Source of the DNA: an uncultured bacterium
GTDB taxonomy: Bacteria > Planctomycetota > UBA1135 > UBA2386
NCBI GenBank assembly: GCA_963974725.1
Contig: CAXBFC010000002.1
Location: 1-54,595 of the forward strand
Length of the DNA stretch: 54,595 nucleotides
Direction: 5' to 3'
Shown here: piece after piece, positions 18,484-27,140 of the stretch
Numbering within the stretch: position 1 is the stretch's first letter
Layout: each line of letters opens with the position of its first letter
The notes under the pieces: model-generated
Told to the model about the DNA's origin: nothing
Databases searched by the model: none
What the model saw: only the letters and a program-made list of their open reading frames with translations
Position numbers and translations under genes: made by a program

Positions 18484-18579
18484 CGAAGGACTGCGAGCAT
18501 ACCCACCGCGCCCCATCCGTTCGCCCCGCGCAGAATCTGTGGTTCGAACCGGGTACCGTACGCAGATTGGGCTCGGGAC

Positions 18580-18891
18580 CTACAGACTCAGTAGCTCGCT
18601 GGCGATGGCCAGGTATTCGGTGCGCGGATCGTCCTGCGCGACTGGGCGGCCGGCTTGTCGGTACCAGTAGTCGGCGTTGCTGTGGTCGCCTTCTTCGCGG
18701 TGCAAGGCGGCGTGCACCCAGGAACACTCGGGCGAGTGGTTTTGAACGGCGTCGTGGGCGTTCTGCCATGCCCCGCGCAGCGCCCACCAAACTCCGAGTA
18801 GCGCGCCAGTGAGGTCTATTGGCGGGGTTTCGTTGGCCAGGCTGGCGACGAACCGATCGAGGGGCGTCTCCGATTGGGCATGCGACTGCAT
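18580..18891 (-). CDS. small conserved hypothetical protein
   Basis: About 103 aa. The block WVHAALHREEGDHSNADYWYRQAGRPV resembles a widespread uncharacterised small-protein family (from memory). The start is ambiguous (18891, 18900 or 18978). Confidence 0.45.
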   Translation of the reverse strand: MQSHAQSETPLDRFVASLANETPPIDLTGALLGVWWALRGAWQNAHDAVQNHSPECSWVHAALHREEGDHSNADYWYRQAGRPVAQDDPRTEYLAIASELLSL

Positions 18892-19069
18892 GCAACCCAT
18901 GTAAGGCCATAGCCATAGCTCGCGGCAACCGTAAGATCGCCGGGACCTCATGCCGATCCGCCGCGAAGGCCCTGTCACGGAACGTCTGCTTCAGCTGCTG
19001 CGCAACCATCCCGGCCCGGATGCTGCGCGAGCAGGGTCGCTCGACGCGCCTATTGCCCCCCATTCTTCG

Positions 19070-21235
19070 ATGTCGCGCCGTCAGGCGGTAGCGATCTTCG
19101 AATCGGCGATCCAGTCGCGCTTGCAGGATTTGCTGTCGCGCGAACTGAAGGACAAAGGCATCAGCTACTACACGATTGGTAGCTCCGGTCACGAGAGCAA
19201 CGCCATTTGTGGCGAACTGCTGCGCGGCACCGACACGGCATTCTTGCACTACCGCAGCGGCGCGTTCATGGCGGCACGGTTGCGCAAGGGCCAAGGCGAG
19301 ACGCCGTTCTTCGATGCGATGCTCAGCTTCTGCGCATCGGCTGAAGACCCGATCAGTGGCGGACGGCACAAGGTGCTCGGCTCGGCCAGCATGCATGTGC
19401 CGCCGCAGACGAGCACGATCGCCAGTCATCTCCCGAAGGCCATCGGCTTCGCGCTGGCTCTGCAGCGACTCGAACGGCAAGGCATTCGGCCGGCGAAGGG
19501 CGTACCGTTCGATTCGATCGTCTACTGCAGCTTTGGCGATGCCTCGATGAACCATGCGACGGCGCAAGCGGGCATTCACGCCGCCGGTGCCGCGGTGATG
19601 CACAAGCAGCCGTGCCCGATCCTGTTCGCGTGCGAAGACAACGGTCTCGGCATCTCAGTGCGCACGCCGGATGACTACGTCACCCGGATGATGAAGGACC
19701 GGCCAGGCATCCGCTATTTCTCGTGTGACAGTCAGGACTTCCCCGGGGTCTGGGCGACGACGCAGCGCGCGATCGAATACGTGCGCACGCAGCGCAAGCC
19801 GGCGTTCTTGCATACCAAGACGGTGCGCCTGATGGGCCACGCCGGCTCCGATGTCGAAACCAACTACATGTTGCCGGAGCATATCGAGGCCAACGAAGCG
19901 CGCGACCCGCTGCTCGCCTTCGCGGACCTAATGCTGGCAACTGGCGCGATCACGCGCGATGGCATGCTGGAGCTCTACGGCGATACGGATCGCCGCCTGC
20001 GCCGCGCTGCCAAAGAAGCGCATTCCCGACGCAAGCTGACCACCGCGGCGGAAATCATGACGCCGCTGAAGCTGCCGACCGCCGACCAGTGCTCGATCCG
20101 CGTCGCAGCCAACGAACGTCGCCGTGCAGTCTTCGGCGGCAAGCTGCCAGAAGACGACGCGCGCGGCCGGCACCTCGCCTATCGCATCCCGCAGGCGCTG
20201 ACCGACATCTTCGCGGCCTATCCGCAGGCGCTATTGTTCGGCGAAGATGTCGCGCGCAAGGGCGGTGTCTACAACGCCACCAAAGGGCTGCATGCGACGT
20301 TTGGCGGCGGCCGGATCTTCAACACGATCCTCGACGAAACCACCATCCTGGGCCTCGCCCAAGGCATGGCACAGGCCGGTTGCTTGCCGTTCCCCGAGAT
20401 CCAATACCTCGCCTACCTACACAACGCGATCGACCAGATCCGCGGCGAAGCAGCGTCACTGCAATTCTTCAGCACTGGCCAGTGCTATCCCGATATGCCG
20501 GCGCAGTTCACCAGCTACGCCAACCCCATGGTGATGCGCATGGCTGGCCTCGCTTACCAAAAGGGTTTCGGTGGTCACTTCCACAACGACAACTCGGTCG
20601 GCGCCTTGCTCGACATTCCCGGCATCGTGCTCGGCGTGCCAACGCGCGCCGACGACGCGGTGACCATGCTGCGCACGATGACTTCGGCGGCCCACCATCA
20701 CGGCAAGGTCTGCGTGTTCCTCGAGCCGATCGCGCTCTACATGAAGAAGGACCTGCACGAGGACAACGACGGCAAGTGGCAGTTCGGTTATCCGCCGCCA
20801 AGCGAAGTCATGCCGTTTGGCGAAGGACGGATCTATGACGCAACCGATGACGACCAACTGACGATCGTGACCTTTGGCAACGGCGTCTGGATGAGCCTGC
20901 GAGTCGCCCAACGCCTGCGCGCGCAAGGCATCAAGGTGCGGGTGTTCGATCTTCGCTGGCTGATGCCGCTGCCAATCGCACAAGTCAAAGAGCACGTCCG
21001 TGCAACTGGCCGTTGCCTAGTCGTCGACGAATGCCGGGCCAGCAGCGGGGGCCCGAGCCCGATGCTGATGACCGAGCTGTGCCAAGATCCCGAACTTCGA
21101 CACTGCGTGCTGCGACGCATCGCGGCACAAGACAGCTACGTGCCGCTCGCCGCGGCCGCCAACCTCGTGCTCGTGCAAGAACCCGATATCGAACGCGCCG
21201 CCTTGGCGATCTGTGAGCAGGAGGTCGCGCAGTGA
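19070..21235 (+). CDS. TPP-dependent 2-oxoacid dehydrogenase E1 component, fused alpha and beta subunits
   Basis: The alpha part has the TPP motif CSFGDASMNHATAQ. The beta part has LLFGEDVARKGGVYNATKGL...IFNTILDETTILGLAQGMAQAG, followed by a transketolase-C-like end. The start is ATG 19070 (MSRRQAVAIFE) or ATG 18950. Confidence 0.8.
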   Translation: MSRRQAVAIFESAIQSRLQDLLSRELKDKGISYYTIGSSGHESNAICGELLRGTDTAFLHYRSGAFMAARLRKGQGETPFFDAMLSFCASAEDPISGGRHKVLGSASMHVPPQTSTIASHLPKAIGFALALQRLERQGIRPAKGVPFDSIVYCSFGDASMNHATAQAGIHAAGAAVMHKQPCPILFACEDNGLGISVRTPDDYVTRMMKDRPGIRYFSCDSQDFPGVWATTQRAIEYVRTQRKPAFLHTKTVRLMGHAGSDVETNYMLPEHIEANEARDPLLAFADLMLATGAITRDGMLELYGDTDRRLRRAAKEAHSRRKLTTAAEIMTPLKLPTADQCSIRVAANERRRAVFGGKLPEDDARGRHLAYRIPQALTDIFAAYPQALLFGEDVARKGGVYNATKGLHATFGGGRIFNTILDETTILGLAQGMAQAGCLPFPEIQYLAYLHNAIDQIRGEAASLQFFSTGQCYPDMPAQFTSYANPMVMRMAGLAYQKGFGGHFHNDNSVGALLDIPGIVLGVPTRADDAVTMLRTMTSAAHHHGKVCVFLEPIALYMKKDLHEDNDGKWQFGYPPPSEVMPFGEGRIYDATDDDQLTIVTFGNGVWMSLRVAQRLRAQGIKVRVFDLRWLMPLPIAQVKEHVRATGRCLVVDECRASSGGPSPMLMTELCQDPELRHCVLRRIAAQDSYVPLAAAANLVLVQEPDIERAALAICEQEVAQ

Positions 21236-22269
21236 GTGACTTCGCAACTAGCGAGGCAACCGACGGCAAGCCAACCGCCGTGCTGTTTTGCCCCGGCCGC
21301 GGCTCCTACACCAAAGAAGAGCTCGGCTTCGTTGGGCGCACGGTGCAATCCGGCCCCGTCACCGACGCGCTCGCTGCTTCGGACCGCGCCCGCCGCGAAC
21401 AAGGCCGCCCGACACTGACCGAAGTGGACTCGGCAGAGAAGTACCGGCCCAGCCTGCACCTCGACGGCGAAAACGCGGCCGAACTGATCTACTTCGGCAC
21501 CATGGCGCACGTGCAGCAACTGCGCGAGCGCTACAACATCGTCGCAATCGCGGGCAACTCGCTCGGCTGGTACACGGCTCTGCCGGCCAGTGGCGCGCTC
21601 GATGCGACCAGCGGCTGGCGCCTCGTCGCCACCATGGCCTCGCTGCAAAAGCAGGTGAAGGGCGGTCAGATCCTGATGACCACAGTCGGCGAAGACTGGC
21701 AGCCCAACATGGCGCTGCGCGTCGCCGTTCAAGCGACCGTGCAAGCGCTGCAGGATCGCGGCGCAGAGTTCTACTGCGATTACAGCATCAAGCTCGGCGG
21801 CCACGAGGTGCTCGCCGGAACCGAGATGGGCGTTCGCGAACTGCTGGTGCGACTACCAAAGGTCACGATCGGTGGCCGCGACTTCCCGTTCCGCCTGGCC
21901 GGGCACGGTCCATTCCACACTTCGCTGTGCCTGCAGACCGCCGAACAAGCCGCAGAGATGCTCGTGGACTTGCCAATCCAGATGCCGAAGTGCCATCTGA
22001 TCGATGGCTACGGCAACGTGCACAGCCCGTGGTCTTCCGATCCGCGCGAACTACTGCGCTACACCGTGCACAACCAGGTGATCGACACGTTCGACTTCTC
22101 CGCGTGTGTGCGCACCGCGATGCGTGAGTTCCAACCCGACGTGCTGCTCTGTGCGGGGCCCGGACAATCGTTGCGCGCACCGGTAGGTCACTGCGTGCTG
22201 CTCGAAGGCTGGCGGGGCATTCGCGACAAGGGCGCGTTGTTCGCGTCTTCACTCATCGCAACCGATTGA
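21232..22269 (+). CDS. FabD-like acyltransferase (acyl-carrier-protein S-acyltransferase fold)
   Basis: The GTG start overlaps the E1 stop (GTGA). The nucleophile elbow is IAGNSLGWYTAL (GxSxG) and the His region is LAGHGPFHTSL. At the position where FabD has its malonyl-binding Arg the sequence reads LVATMAS. Confidence 0.65.
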   Translation: MSDFATSEATDGKPTAVLFCPGRGSYTKEELGFVGRTVQSGPVTDALAASDRARREQGRPTLTEVDSAEKYRPSLHLDGENAAELIYFGTMAHVQQLRERYNIVAIAGNSLGWYTALPASGALDATSGWRLVATMASLQKQVKGGQILMTTVGEDWQPNMALRVAVQATVQALQDRGAEFYCDYSIKLGGHEVLAGTEMGVRELLVRLPKVTIGGRDFPFRLAGHGPFHTSLCLQTAEQAAEMLVDLPIQMPKCHLIDGYGNVHSPWSSDPRELLRYTVHNQVIDTFDFSACVRTAMREFQPDVLLCAGPGQSLRAPVGHCVLLEGWRGIRDKGALFASSLIATD

Positions 22270-22341
22270 ACCGCAGGCCGCCCCAAACGGCTTGTGTGCG
22301 CCTGTCGCCCCGCATCGCGCAGCCGCCGCGAATCGGCAGAG

Positions 22342-23550
22342 CTAGCTGCCGACCTTCAAGCGGATCGCCGAGCCTAGTAGGAAGATATTGTTGATCGTCG
22401 CGCCCGCGCCCTGAACGGCGAGCTCCATCCCAACCAAGTCAGACGTCGGTGGAATCGAGAGGATCACGTCGAGGCGCTCACCGGGGATGAAGGTCTGGCC
22501 AATCGAAAACGCACCAATCGGGTTCACCAACAAGGTGCCTATGAATGTCGGCGTCGGCAGCCCCATCGAGTTGGAGACGACCAAGCCGGCGAAACCAACC
22601 TCGGCAGCGACCGACAAGCGCGCCGACCTGCCGACGCGCAAATTGCTCTCAGCCCACAACTGCGGCACGACGGTTTCCACATCGAGCCCCATGAGGTTCG
22701 GGTCGCTGACGCCGTCGATACCGATGACGCCTTCAAGGCCAGACAAGCTGTCACATAAAAACTGAGAGAAGAAGCCCTTGACGATCTTCTTGGCGCGACC
22801 GAACACGACCGGGTCGGTCTGATCCAGACCAACCAGGTTCATGTGCGTGCAGTTGCCATTCATCCGGTAGTGGAACTTGAGTCCCGTACTCGGAGTGAGT
22901 GAATTGTAGTACGGGATGGCGTGCCCTAACGGCGGGGCCAGCACATCGCCTTGCCCGGAGACCAAGCCAACTGGAACGCTCACCTCGATCCCCGTAAGTG
23001 CAATCGTCGGGTTCACGGGTGCTAGGCCCAAAGCGCACCTGTAGCCAGGGTTGGTGGACGTCGCGCCAGGCGCTTCGTTGAGAACCAAAGCCATGACCGC
23101 GGTACCCATCGAGTGGCCAAGCAAGCCGACGCGCGTCATGTCCATCGCGCCCTCGAAGAAGCCGCCGTCCTCGATGTTGGCATTGCGCAAGGCTTTGAAC
23201 ATCGCACGGGTGTCGTGCTCCATCACAGCGTAGCTATTCTGCGCAGTGTTCAGCATGACCGCGACCACACCCAGCGAGGCCAGCTCTCGGCCGATCCGGT
23301 AGTAATCGCTGCCTAAGCGACCCCAGCCGTGCAGGAACACGACCACCGGGTAGCCAGTCGTGGTCGGAAGAACGGGGGCGTTGTTCGCGGCTGTGATTGC
23401 CGGGTAGTGAACCGTCGCGGTGAGCACCGGCGTGCCGGCCCCTGAGTTGTTAGACCAAGACACTTGGGTGTCGCTGATCGCATGTGCTTGGCCAATGGCC
23501 GAAGCAGCCAGCAGCGTCCAGGCGAGCGAAGAGACCCAGAGTTTGCGCAT
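22342..23550 (-). CDS. secreted alpha/beta hydrolase (lipase / dienelactone-hydrolase / PAF-acetylhydrolase-like) with C-terminal beta-rich domain
   Basis: The signal peptide is MRKLWVSSLAWTLLAASAIGQAHA. YPVVVFLHGWG is the oxyanion region. The nucleophile elbow is VGLLGHSMGTA. Confidence 0.75.
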   Translation of the reverse strand: MRKLWVSSLAWTLLAASAIGQAHAISDTQVSWSNNSGAGTPVLTATVHYPAITAANNAPVLPTTTGYPVVVFLHGWGRLGSDYYRIGRELASLGVVAVMLNTAQNSYAVMEHDTRAMFKALRNANIEDGGFFEGAMDMTRVGLLGHSMGTAVMALVLNEAPGATSTNPGYRCALGLAPVNPTIALTGIEVSVPVGLVSGQGDVLAPPLGHAIPYYNSLTPSTGLKFHYRMNGNCTHMNLVGLDQTDPVVFGRAKKIVKGFFSQFLCDSLSGLEGVIGIDGVSDPNLMGLDVETVVPQLWAESNLRVGRSARLSVAAEVGFAGLVVSNSMGLPTPTFIGTLLVNPIGAFSIGQTFIPGERLDVILSIPPTSDLVGMELAVQGAGATINNIFLLGSAIRLKVGS

Positions 23551-23997
23551 CGAGAGAGTGTTCAGAGGCGTGGCGATCAGATGGCGAGGCTACGCAGGAT
23601 AACCACGAGTCGCCCTCCAACAAGCCCGGACAACGGTACGGCCGAACGCATGGGGTCTAACGTAAACCGCGGTGATGCTCGGAGTTGCCCAAATGCGCCG
23701 CCGGTTGATGGCAAGGTCGCGCTCGCCGATCGCGAGCCTCTCGCGGGCCTCTCGCGGGCCGCAAGCGGTTGAAAACGCCGATCCTGGCGCACTACCGGAC
23801 GTTTGCACTGAGAACTCGGCTGAGCTTGCCACGTGCCGGAGCTCGCGAATGGCCGGGCTGCCGGCAACCCAACACCGGAATTCGCCGCAAACCAAAGCTC
23901 AGTAAGTTTTTACGGTGGTGTCAAGCGAGTCACGCGAGGCGCGTCCGAGCCGCCGCTGTTGCGACAACAAGGAGACATCCAGTGTCGATTGCCGAAC

Positions 23998-25599
23998 TCA
24001 CTTCACCGACTGGCGCGCCGTGGCGACGACCTCCGGTGTCTTCGTAGCCGCATCGTAGTAGCTGACGAACCGGACCGCCTCCTCCGCCTCGACCTCACGG
24101 AGCGCATCCACCCACACGGGCGGCACGCTTTGGTAGTGCAGAGTCGCAACGACTTCACAATCCCCATCGACGCCATCCGGCAGCTTGATGCGACAAGCAA
24201 CACGGTCGCCACCGGCAACAAAGTTGTCGTCCCCATCAATGCCAATCGGCGCGATGTCCTTGATGTGCGGACCGAGCATATCGAAGCCGCGCGGTAGAAG
24301 TCGCGTGTCCTTGCTGCGTCCAACCATCTTCGTCAGATAGGTAGTCGGCTGACCCCCGGGCTCGTGGGCGATCATCTCGTAGATCACGACGTCGGTCTGC
24401 TTCTCGATGGTGCGCACGTGTGGCACGCGCATCACATCCTCAATGCCAACGAGGCGGCCTTGCTGATCAAATGCACCGCTCGCAAAGACGACCTTGCCGC
24501 CAACCAACACCTCCACCTTCAACCACGCGCGACGCGCTGGGTATCCGGTCGGAAACTTGTGTCCAGTCAGGTTCTCGACACTCAGCTCGAACTCCAGCAC
24601 GCCATCCTTCTTGCTCGGCTCGGAGATCGACAGGCGCGCGGTCCGCTCGGCAAGCTGCTCGCGCGTTGCCTTCGCCATCGCCCGCAATTGGTCGTTTCCT
24701 GCTTCAACATAGAGATCGTCGCGGTGTTCGCGAAGCATGTCGAGCATGAACGCATTGCCGCCTATGAACGCATGCGAGCGATACCCTTCGCGCTCAGGAA
24801 TGCGGTAGTCGAAGCCCATTGGGGTCCGTGCAATGCGTACCTTCTGCTGCTCCGGCATGTGACACTGCTGGCACGTGCGAGTCTTCTTGGGGTCGGCACC
24901 TTCGCGCTCGTTGTTGAACTCGCTGTTGCGCCACTCGAGATAAGGGGTCTGCTCCGGGAAATCCGTGCCGTGGTGATTGGTAAACAGCGTGTGGCATGTC
25001 GCGCACAAACCCGCCTTGCGGATATGTAGACCCTGAGTTGGCGTGTAGTTGACTTGCCCGCGCATCGGCCGCGTCTCCACGTCTGCGAACGGACCGAAGA
25101 TCTTGCGCTCGTCATTGAACTTGGGCCGACCAGAGAACGTGCCCTCCGTACCGAGGCCTTCGGCTGAGATCATGTGGCAAACCGTGCAAGAGACGCCGTC
25201 ATCCGCGGCCATGTCGTCGACGGCCTGCGCCAATCGCGGTGGTGCTTTGCCGTTGAGCACCGCGTCGTGGTGGGTCATCGGCACGTGACAGCGCAAGCAC
25301 AGTTCTTGAACCTGATCACCGGCCGACGCGGACTCCTTCTGCAACTGTGCGCGGAAGTAGGGGTCGCGGAACGCGTTCGCCATCATCGTCGCCTGCCACG
25401 TGTAGTACGGCGAAACGTCCTTGCCGTCCTTGTCCGTCATCGCAGTCGCCCCCGGCGCCGCGATGTGGCAAACAGCACACGCGACGGACATCGTGAAGTG
25501 AGGATCCCGGACGTCATGGTCGACAACGGGTTGGCTCGGCTGCAACGAGCAGATGGCGATGGTGACGCCAGCAACGAACGACGGGGTGCGCAGGAACAT
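23998..25599 (-). CDS. pentaheme c-type cytochrome family protein
   Basis: It has five CxxCH motifs (CAVCH, CLRCH, CTVCH, CATCH, CQQCH). The N-terminal anchor MFLRTPSFVAGVTIAICS starts at ATG 25599. The raw ORF extends to 25800. Confidence 0.8.
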   Translation of the reverse strand: MFLRTPSFVAGVTIAICSLQPSQPVVDHDVRDPHFTMSVACAVCHIAAPGATAMTDKDGKDVSPYYTWQATMMANAFRDPYFRAQLQKESASAGDQVQELCLRCHVPMTHHDAVLNGKAPPRLAQAVDDMAADDGVSCTVCHMISAEGLGTEGTFSGRPKFNDERKIFGPFADVETRPMRGQVNYTPTQGLHIRKAGLCATCHTLFTNHHGTDFPEQTPYLEWRNSEFNNEREGADPKKTRTCQQCHMPEQQKVRIARTPMGFDYRIPEREGYRSHAFIGGNAFMLDMLREHRDDLYVEAGNDQLRAMAKATREQLAERTARLSISEPSKKDGVLEFELSVENLTGHKFPTGYPARRAWLKVEVLVGGKVVFASGAFDQQGRLVGIEDVMRVPHVRTIEKQTDVVIYEMIAHEPGGQPTTYLTKMVGRSKDTRLLPRGFDMLGPHIKDIAPIGIDGDDNFVAGGDRVACRIKLPDGVDGDCEVVATLHYQSVPPVWVDALREVEAEEAVRFVSYYDAATKTPEVVATARQSVK

Positions 25600-25744
25600 T
25601 GGCAGAGACTCTAACGAGATCTTCGCCCGAGGAATCAAGCTTGCGTCCAGGTTTGCGCGATGGCGACAGCGGAATCGTTGCTGACAATGAACCAACAGCG
25701 CTCGCAATCGTTCGCGACGCCATCCATCAACTTCCCGAGGTCCT

Positions 25745-27091
25745 ATGATCCGATTGCCCACACTCCGTTTTTCCGTGCTCGCTGCAGCCACCATTGCCAT
25801 GGGCTGTTTGGCGGGGCTGCCGGCACAGGAAGTGCCAGTCGCTGCCAGCGGCCAGCAGATGCTGGCGACGAAGCACTTCTTGTTCGTCGTGCACGATGGC
25901 GTGCTGCATCAGTTCGACATCAAGACGCTCAAGCTGCGCAAGAAGGTGCGCCTGACGGGAGCCAAGCAGATGCTCGACCAAGAAGCCAAAACTGCCAAGG
26001 CGGCGGTGGCGGCCGAAAAGGCGTTTATTGCTGCGGTGCAGCAGCCGGCGCCCGACGCCCCGTCATCTGCCGACACCCAGAAGGTCGTCGAACGGGCACT
26101 GATCTGGCTCAAGACGCATCAGGACAAGGACGGCAAGTGGGATGCCGACGGGTTCATGAAGCACGATCGAGATGGTGGCGAGATCTGCAACGGACCAGGC
26201 GGCGCCGCCTATGACATCGGCGTAACCGGCCTCGCCGTGATGGCGTTGCTCACCGCCGGCGATGACTACGCCACCGAAATCCGGCGCGCAGTGGGCTGGC
26301 TGCACAAGAAGCAAGAGAACAACGGCCTGTTCGGCAAGGCCGCCTCGCATGACTTCATCTACAACCACGCCATCGCGACCTACGCCATCTGCCGCACGAT
26401 GCAGGTACTCGATCGCAAAGACGCGTTGATGACGCCGATGGTGCAGAAGGCGATCAACTACCTTGAGTCGCACCGCAACCCGTACTCGGTGTGGCGCTAC
26501 CAACCGCGTGACAACGACAACGACACGTCGGTCACCACGTGGTGCCTGCTCGCCTACACCGCGGCACAAGATCTCGCCATCAAGGTCAACAAGAACGCAC
26601 TCAAGTTTGGCAGCAGTTGGATGGACCAGGTGACCAGCCCCAACGGCCACGCTGGCTACTCCCGCCGCGGCGAAGCAAGTTCGCGCAAGCACGGCTTACA
26701 TCCGACCAAGTTTCCGGTCGAGAAGGGCGAGGCAATGACGGCCGCCGCGTTGCTGGCGCGCTACCACCTGGACGAAACGCCAAAGTCCAAGCCCCACATG
26801 GTCAATGCGGCAACGTTGCTGCTGAGCAAGCCGCCAAAGTGGGATCTCAAGGCTGGCACCATCGACGAGTACTACTGGCTGCTCGGGACGCTCGCGTTGC
26901 AACGTGCCGGCGGTGACGAATGGGCGAAATGGTCAAAGCACTTGACCGCGGCGACATCGGAACATCAGCGCCAAAAAGGCAACCTGGCCGGCTCATGGGA
27001 CCCAGTCGGAGTATGGGGAGAAAGCGGGGGTCGCGTGTTCTCGACCGCGGCGCTGGCGCTCGCCTGCAACGCAACGATCGCCAAGCCTTAG
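25745..27091 (+). CDS. secreted prenyltransferase / squalene-oxidase-repeat (terpenoid-cyclase-like) protein
   Basis: It has a signal peptide and repeated motifs ALIWLKTHQDKDGKW, AVGWLHKKQENNGLFG, AINYLESHRNPYSVWRY and AGSWDP. Confidence 0.7.
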   Translation: MIRLPTLRFSVLAAATIAMGCLAGLPAQEVPVAASGQQMLATKHFLFVVHDGVLHQFDIKTLKLRKKVRLTGAKQMLDQEAKTAKAAVAAEKAFIAAVQQPAPDAPSSADTQKVVERALIWLKTHQDKDGKWDADGFMKHDRDGGEICNGPGGAAYDIGVTGLAVMALLTAGDDYATEIRRAVGWLHKKQENNGLFGKAASHDFIYNHAIATYAICRTMQVLDRKDALMTPMVQKAINYLESHRNPYSVWRYQPRDNDNDTSVTTWCLLAYTAAQDLAIKVNKNALKFGSSWMDQVTSPNGHAGYSRRGEASSRKHGLHPTKFPVEKGEAMTAAALLARYHLDETPKSKPHMVNAATLLLSKPPKWDLKAGTIDEYYWLLGTLALQRAGGDEWAKWSKHLTAATSEHQRQKGNLAGSWDPVGVWGESGGRVFSTAALALACNATIAKP

Positions 27092-27140
27092 TTGGCGCGA
27101 AGCAGCGGTTCCAGGCAACTGGCAACACGCATTCCGCACC

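Noticed and set aside
16547-18567. A shared 12-mer CGTACGCAGATT just after the stop (16547) and upstream of the start (18556) of the second PD40/PstS paralog. A related CCGTACGCA occurs in the 2632-2722 palindrome.
   Set aside because: A back-of-envelope estimate for a 54.6-kb window, counting both strands, gives on the order of a hundred chance 12-mer coincidences. That is not significant without a genome-wide count.
18538-18580. A tRNA-like GGTTCGAACC element upstream of the paralog gene.
   Set aside because: No acceptor stem, anticodon arm or cloverleaf can be built around it. It is just a short palindrome in a promoter region.
18341-19603. A 420-aa minus-strand ORF overlapping the E1 gene and the small conserved gene.
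   Set aside because: It is an Arg-rich shadow ORF with no motifs. It is antisense to an E1 alpha/beta gene with TPP and transketolase blocks.
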